Source: a virus
IMG/VR virus record: IMGVR_UViG_3300029821_000004
Span: 1 to 61,729 of that record
Length of the DNA: 61,729 bases
Strand: one strand, 5' to 3'
Part shown: piece by piece, positions 57,505 to 61,729 of the stretch
Layout of the letters: every line of letters starts with the position of its first letter
Position numbering within the stretch: position 1 is the first letter of the stretch
The notes under the pieces: generated by a model
What the model was told of the DNA's origin: nothing
The model's input: only the letters and a program-made list of their open reading frames with translations
Database searches by the model: none
Program-made: the position numbers and the translations under genes

Positions 57505-59439
57505 CTATTTAACTGTTAAAGGTGAATTGTTTACTACAAAAAGGTTGATTATCTGAGAATCTGTCTCAGGAATAGAGGTAACACTCTCCCGGTTATCTAA
57601 CCAGATAGGGGCGGTTATTCCCAAGTGTTTTGAGATAGCGTTTATAATATCTATCCCGGCACTAATTTTCATTGCGTTATTCAAAGAAGAAAAAGGAACT
57701 CCGTTTACCATTGGTACGCAAGTCTCGTCTATGTTTCCGTTAATCTTCTGGTCGAAGATTTTAAACTTGACAATCTTAAAGAGGTCAGAGATACGCTCTT
57801 CAACTGCACTCATTAAGAGAGAAGAATAGTCTTTTACTAACTGTTCCTCTTTCTCTTCCTTAGCAAGTTCACCGGCAAGGGCTTTTTCCTCACCTAAAAG
57901 CTCGTTAAGCCTCTTAGAGTGTCTTTCTACCTCATCACGAAGGGAGAGGCTTTTATTTAGGCCTTCTATTTCGATTATAAGGGAGTCTTTCTTTTCTTGA
58001 AGTTCTTTTGTGTCCGGGAGGCTGATAGGGGAGTTAATGAGGTCTATTAAGTTCCCAATCTTTAGGTTAATTTCTAATACCTGAGGCGTCTGAGTAAAAA
58101 TAAAAAGAGGCTGAGAAGGCTCTACATCTTTAGCTAACCCGGATACGACAGAAATAATGGTTTCAAGTTTTGGGAGTTCAAGGTCTATCTTCTCGATCTT
58201 CTCTTGTAATTCGATTTTTTGTGCTTGTAATGCTTTTCCTGCTTTTACATTTTCTTCCAGACGATTTGCTTTAGAAAGATTAAAGGAGGCCATCATCTCC
58301 GCTTGTTTTTCAGCTACATCATCAACCTCAAACATTCTTTTACAAGTAGGGCAGGAGAAATCTTTATCTGAAAAAACCAAGGCTTCGGACTTAATTGCAA
58401 ACCACGCTTGTTTAGAAAGAGTGATCTTACCTTCTATCTCTTCGATTGCTTTACTATGGGAGATTTTCTCCGCTTGAAGTTCTTTAGCTTTTGATAAAGC
58501 AGAGTTCAGTTCGACTCTCTTTGCGTTATACTCTTCTAGGGAGGTGTAAAACTCTTTCAGGTTATCTTTTTTCTGGTCTGCCTCAATCTCTGCAAGTTTA
58601 TTTTGTAACTCCCGAACCTCGTTACGATAGCTCTGAACCTCTACTTGCTTCACTTCCACCCTAGAAATCTCGGAGTTGATTTGTTCCTCAATCTCTTTTA
58701 AAGAGGTCTTTTTATCCTTAATGTCTTTTTCAATCCCGGACCAATCCATAATTTGTGGAGTCATTCTTTTGTTCTCTTCGATCTTAGGCTTAACCTGATC
58801 TAAGGCCTCTTTACATTTCAATCTCCGGGCAGCAACGATTTTCTTATAATCCTCCGTCTTATAAGTACCCATTCTTTCCAGAAGGTCTAAAAGGTCATTC
58901 TTACCTACACAGATTAGTTTAGGATCAATAGTCCCGGCCATCTTGAAAAGAAGGTCTCTTTGTACTTGCCAATGAAGCGAAGGAAAAGATAAGGGGTTAG
59001 TGATTAATCTAAATTGACTCTCAGGGCATACCTCATTAATTTTCATTCCGTACTCAGTAATACTCATAGCCACATCGTCTATAAAACAGTCCGTAGTATG
59101 GCCGGTCATCTCTTCTTCGTCATTTCCTCTTCTGCGAGTCCACTTTTCCGAATAGACTTTTTTCAAAGTCATAACCGAGTTACCTACAATCAGTTTTACC
59201 TCAACTTCGTGAGAGAGTCTGTGAATAGGTTTGTTATTTTCATCAAGCGTCTTTAACTCAAAGTCCGCTCTCCCTTCGGAGTCTTTACCAAACAGGAGCC
59301 ACATAAAAGCATCCATCAAAGTTGTTTTCCCGGAAGCGTTTGCTCCCTCAATATTCGTTTGTTGAATAAAGTCTGTTTCAAAGGATTGAATACCTTTAAA
59401 ATTTAAAAGTCTTAGTTTAGTTAATTGGATATTTTTCAT
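57505..59439 (-). CDS. Rad50/SbcC-like SMC-type ATPase
   Basis: Walker A GANASGKTTLMDAF, a long central coiled coil with a CPTC zinc-hook-like motif, and a C-terminal IWLDNRES Walker B/D-loop. Confidence 0.7.
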   Translation of the reverse strand: MKNIQLTKLRLLNFKGIQSFETDFIQQTNIEGANASGKTTLMDAFMWLLFGKDSEGRADFELKTLDENNKPIHRLSHEVEVKLIVGNSVMTLKKVYSEKWTRRRGNDEEEMTGHTTDCFIDDVAMSITEYGMKINEVCPESQFRLITNPLSFPSLHWQVQRDLLFKMAGTIDPKLICVGKNDLLDLLERMGTYKTEDYKKIVAARRLKCKEALDQVKPKIEENKRMTPQIMDWSGIEKDIKDKKTSLKEIEEQINSEISRVEVKQVEVQSYRNEVRELQNKLAEIEADQKKDNLKEFYTSLEEYNAKRVELNSALSKAKELQAEKISHSKAIEEIEGKITLSKQAWFAIKSEALVFSDKDFSCPTCKRMFEVDDVAEKQAEMMASFNLSKANRLEENVKAGKALQAQKIELQEKIEKIDLELPKLETIISVVSGLAKDVEPSQPLFIFTQTPQVLEINLKIGNLIDLINSPISLPDTKELQEKKDSLIIEIEGLNKSLSLRDEVERHSKRLNELLGEEKALAGELAKEEKEEQLVKDYSSLLMSAVEERISDLFKIVKFKIFDQKINGNIDETCVPMVNGVPFSSLNNAMKISAGIDIINAISKHLGITAPIWLDNRESVTSIPETDSQIINLFVVNNSPLTVK

Positions 59440-59440
59440 A

Positions 59441-59752
59441 TTAATTACATAATTTTTTTACCACAAGTCTTGCTATCCCCCCTGTACTCAGGTCTAGAAT
59501 ACACTCCTCTCCTGAGGTTGTGATGATTGAGATAGGGGCTACATTATTAATTCTAAATTCTCTTTGTACTACCACTCCTGTAACGGAGGTGCTGATCGAT
59601 TGTAAGTTTTCATCTTCAAGGTCTGGTTCTACCTCGATTTTGATATTAAAAAGACCTTCTTCGTCTTTTATTTTCTCGATAATTTCCGAGACAATGGCTT
59701 TCTTAATCACCTGAGCCTCTTGGCCGGATAATTTATATTCCATAACTTCCAT
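59441..59752 (-). CDS. Hypothetical protein
   Basis: 103-aa ORF. Confidence 0.5.
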   Translation of the reverse strand: MEVMEYKLSGQEAQVIKKAIVSEIIEKIKDEEGLFNIKIEVEPDLEDENLQSISTSVTGVVVQREFRINNVAPISIITTSGEECILDLSTGGIARLVVKKLCN

Positions 59753-60047
59753 TTAAATAGTGTTTTTGTGTTCCTACTGATAATCTTTGATGTTGACTTA
59801 TAAGAGCCTGAGCTACTTCTGCAATAGTGTTTTCAGTAGCCAGAAGGGGGAATTTCCCTGCGATAACTCTTGCTTGATAAAGTTGAGTTTTAGGATCTTT
59901 CTTGTCGTTCTCAATAAACTTTAACCCTCTCCAATCTATCGGGCCTATAATGGGCTCTACGAGTTCGTTTATACTTCTTTTAACGAGAAACAAAAGCTCC
60001 TCTTGATATTGGTTTGTCATACTGTTATGGGGTTTAATGTGTGCCAT
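59733..60047 (-). CDS. Hypothetical protein
   Basis: 104-aa ORF. Confidence 0.5.
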   Translation of the reverse strand: MAHIKPHNSMTNQYQEELLFLVKRSINELVEPIIGPIDWRGLKFIENDKKDPKTQLYQARVIAGKFPLLATENTIAEVAQALISQHQRLSVGTQKHYLNGSYGI

Positions 60048-60820
60048 TTCTTGTGAATAGCCTTACGGCCTCTTTCAGTCCAAACAGTTTCCAGATAGGT
60101 AACTGCCTCACCCCTCTCATTTACTCTTACGAAAGTTCTTGTCTTAGTATAGCCACAGTCTTGAAACTTGGCGTAAAGGAGCCATTGACCACTTTGTTTG
60201 TATTGAACCTTCTCTTGTTCGAGGAATTTATTTAGGCGAACAGCACTTGTCCCAAGTTCTTTTGCTATCTGAGTAGTGGTGTATGTACTCACACTCTGGA
60301 GGACTGCGTGGTAATATTCCACTTTAGGGGCCACCTGAATAAGAGTTTCATTTGCTTTTTCAAGCCTCTCATTTAAGAGTTCTGCTTCCCTAGTCTTTTC
60401 TTGTAGTAAAAGTTTGTGCCTTTCGAGAGTAGCTGCAGTTATTTGCATAGCTTTTGCTACAATCATTTCCGGGGTATCCTCTTCTCTGGTTACTATATAT
60501 CCTCCAGATTTACGAATTGAGGGCAGGACTTCGGATGTAACCCACCTTTTAAAGTCTTTTGCTGCCGTTAATTTTGAACCAAAGATTAAAGAGTATAATC
60601 CTGACTCGTTAATAAAGGTAATCTCCTGCATACCCCCCTTTGTAGGGGTGTCGCATTTCACGACATCCTCTGAGTCGATATGCTTACTTACCGCATCACG
60701 AGGGTTTGAATAACCAAGGGCGTTGCAAATATCATTGGCTGCAAAATAGGGATCTCCTTTTTCGTTTTGAGTAACCCTGATACGTCCAAATTGAATGTGG
60801 GTGAAAATTATTGGTTTCAT
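60017..60820 (-). CDS. Bro-N / KilA-C antirepressor-type protein
   Basis: The N-terminal FGRIRVTQNEKGDPYFAANDICNALGY is a Bro-N pattern. The C-terminal YTTTQIAKELGTSAVRLNKFL...GY is a KilAC pattern. Confidence 0.75.
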   Translation of the reverse strand: MKPIIFTHIQFGRIRVTQNEKGDPYFAANDICNALGYSNPRDAVSKHIDSEDVVKCDTPTKGGMQEITFINESGLYSLIFGSKLTAAKDFKRWVTSEVLPSIRKSGGYIVTREEDTPEMIVAKAMQITAATLERHKLLLQEKTREAELLNERLEKANETLIQVAPKVEYYHAVLQSVSTYTTTQIAKELGTSAVRLNKFLEQEKVQYKQSGQWLLYAKFQDCGYTKTRTFVRVNERGEAVTYLETVWTERGRKAIHKKWHTLNPITV

Positions 60821-60957
60821 CTCAATAAATCGTTTAGTTTGTTGATTTCTTCCTGAAGCTCCTCACAGGTCATATTAGATATATTCCCTAAAAGTGAGTA
60901 GCCATTTACCGCCTCAAATAGAGATTGGTATTGCTGCATAAGGTCTTGTTTTTCCAT
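60817..60957 (-). CDS. Hypothetical 46-aa protein (not in ORF track)
   Basis: MEKQDLMQQYQSLFEAVNGYSLLGNISNMTCEELQEEINKLNDLLR. There is a TAATG overlap upstream and an ATGA overlap downstream. Confidence 0.45.
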   Translation of the reverse strand: MEKQDLMQQYQSLFEAVNGYSLLGNISNMTCEELQEEINKLNDLLR

Positions 60958-61211
60958 TATTCCAAATAGTCTAGGGTGGTGAATATTACTGTTGTATTAA
61001 TTTCCGGGGAGAGTTCCATAGCACCTTTAAGCGCACATCCGGCTTTACCTTCTGCTGCTGCATAACAAACTACGCCCTGCTCAACTTCAATGAGAGTGCA
61101 TAGTAAAAAACTAACTGTACCGGGGTGTTCTTGGTTAAGAGTTCTGATTTCCTCTACGAGTGTGTCGAGCTTAACTTTCAGCTCCGCACCTTTTTGATGC
61201 TTAATTTCCAT
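60957..61211 (-). CDS. Hypothetical protein
   Basis: 84-aa ORF, first gene after the 181-bp non-coding gap. Confidence 0.5.
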   Translation of the reverse strand: MEIKHQKGAELKVKLDTLVEEIRTLNQEHPGTVSFLLCTLIEVEQGVVCYAAAEGKAGCALKGAMELSPEINTTVIFTTLDYLE

Positions 61212-61392
61212 ATATAATGTTAGTTAGGTTTCAAACAAGCCGGTCTTTCCCGGCAGTCAGTCTTTGTAAGAAATAGAGCCTAATGGTTTAAAGAGCACTC
61301 TACTCCAACACTTGCGATATGTTCCTTCTCCTCATTGGTTCCGCAAGTATCTTATTTCTTACCCCACCCTTACCCCGACTAGGGCAAACGCT

Positions 61393-61641
61393 TCATTCGC
61401 TCTGACCAATGAGGGCGTTTACTATATCTTCTCTTCGGTATTTTACTTTCGATGTTCTCCCGGGGCCCTTCTTCCCTTGAATCCTTTGCCTCTTTAGTAG
61501 TTCTTTAAAAGAGTTCCCCCAGATTTGTATAGCCTCAGTTTTTGATACCTCAGGACTGATTAGACCAAGCTCTGCCATAGCAACCTTAGTCCCTTCCTTT
61601 GATACCTTATATATTGCGGATAAAAGTTGAGAATCGGTCAT
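61393..61641 (-). CDS. Hypothetical DNA-binding-like protein (possible excisionase/HTH type, weak)
   Basis: 82-aa basic ORF. Its start lies in the terminal repeat and it is coupled to ORF 39..245 across the junction. Confidence 0.45.
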   Translation of the reverse strand: MTDSQLLSAIYKVSKEGTKVAMAELGLISPEVSKTEAIQIWGNSFKELLKRQRIQGKKGPGRTSKVKYRREDIVNALIGQSE

Positions 61642-61729
61642 TATTTTATCCTCCTTACCTTAATGTAGTCGGGACAATCTTTCTCTGTACACTCAAAATC
61701 AAACCCCCTCATTCGGAGGCGAGATATTG
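61603..61729. repeat. Terminal direct repeat copy 2 (identical to 1..127)
   Basis: Same 127-nt string as the window start. Confidence 0.9.

Noticed and set aside
61238-61253. Hairpin GCCGG-TCTTTC-CCGGC as a terminator in the 181-bp gap before ORF 60957..61211
   Set aside because: The stem is only 5 bp with a weak T tract on the minus strand. That is insufficient to call.
1-61729. Stop-codon reassignment (TAG or TGA recoding) as seen in some gut phages
   Set aside because: All large genes, including the 4930-aa ORF, terminase, portal and fibre, are intact under the standard code. All three stop codons are seen terminating coupled genes.
1-61729. Integrase, transposase or partition genes that would explain lysogeny or plasmid-like maintenance
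   Set aside because: No ORF shows tyrosine-recombinase (R..HxxR..Y), serine-recombinase, DDE or ParA/ParB-like features by eye. This absence is reported as part of the attP finding and not resolved.

Overview
The window is a complete, circularly closed dsDNA phage genome. Bases 1-127 are identical to 61603-61729, and genes read through that junction, giving a unique length of 61602 bp. Long ORFs, including one of 4930 aa, are intact under the standard genetic code. Genes are tightly packed, and many neighbours have ATGA or TAATG start/stop overlaps.

Layout:
- **Early/regulatory region (about 61641 round to 2216).** It holds small HTH genes, a 47-nt 3' fragment of a tRNA-Gly(CCC) flanked by TTCGTACA direct repeats (attP-like), and small acidic proteins.
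- **Minus-strand coupled operon (9749->2662).** It encodes a mucin-like Thr-rich protein, a polypeptide-GalNAc-transferase-like GT-A, a GT-B-like protein, a SAM methyltransferase, a 443-aa protein and a small HExxH protein.
- **Plus-strand virion operon (9871->29131).** It contains two putative internal proteins, a 4930-aa polyvalent protein taking 24% of the genome, a portal candidate and two small connector-position ORFs.
- **Minus-strand terminase operon (32811->29124).**
- **Plus-strand morphogenesis operon (32946->44769).** It encodes scaffold, major capsid, small membrane proteins, two paralogous fibre proteins (one 1199 aa with a heptad tandem array and a FISUMP/lectin-like C-terminus), a small zincin, a metallophosphoesterase and others.
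- **Long minus-strand early/replication-recombination operon (61211->44766).** It encodes Bro/KilAC antirepressor, Rad50/SbcC-like ATPase, RecT, MBL nuclease, DNA methyltransferase, SSB, a DUF1376 replication protein with embedded iterons, glucosaminidase, a pentapeptide-repeat protein, YopX, HNH, NinG and many small ORFs.

No tape-measure, tail-tube or sheath gene, no integrase, no DNA polymerase, helicase or primase, no CRISPR array and no complete tRNA were recognised. The domain repertoire (FISUMP, Bacteroidota-style Fn3 domain) points to a Bacteroidota host, but this is inference.

The most interesting candidate is a phage-encoded cytoplasmic O-glycosylation cassette coupled to mucin-like virion proteins. 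All family assignments come from motif recognition by eye, with no database search.
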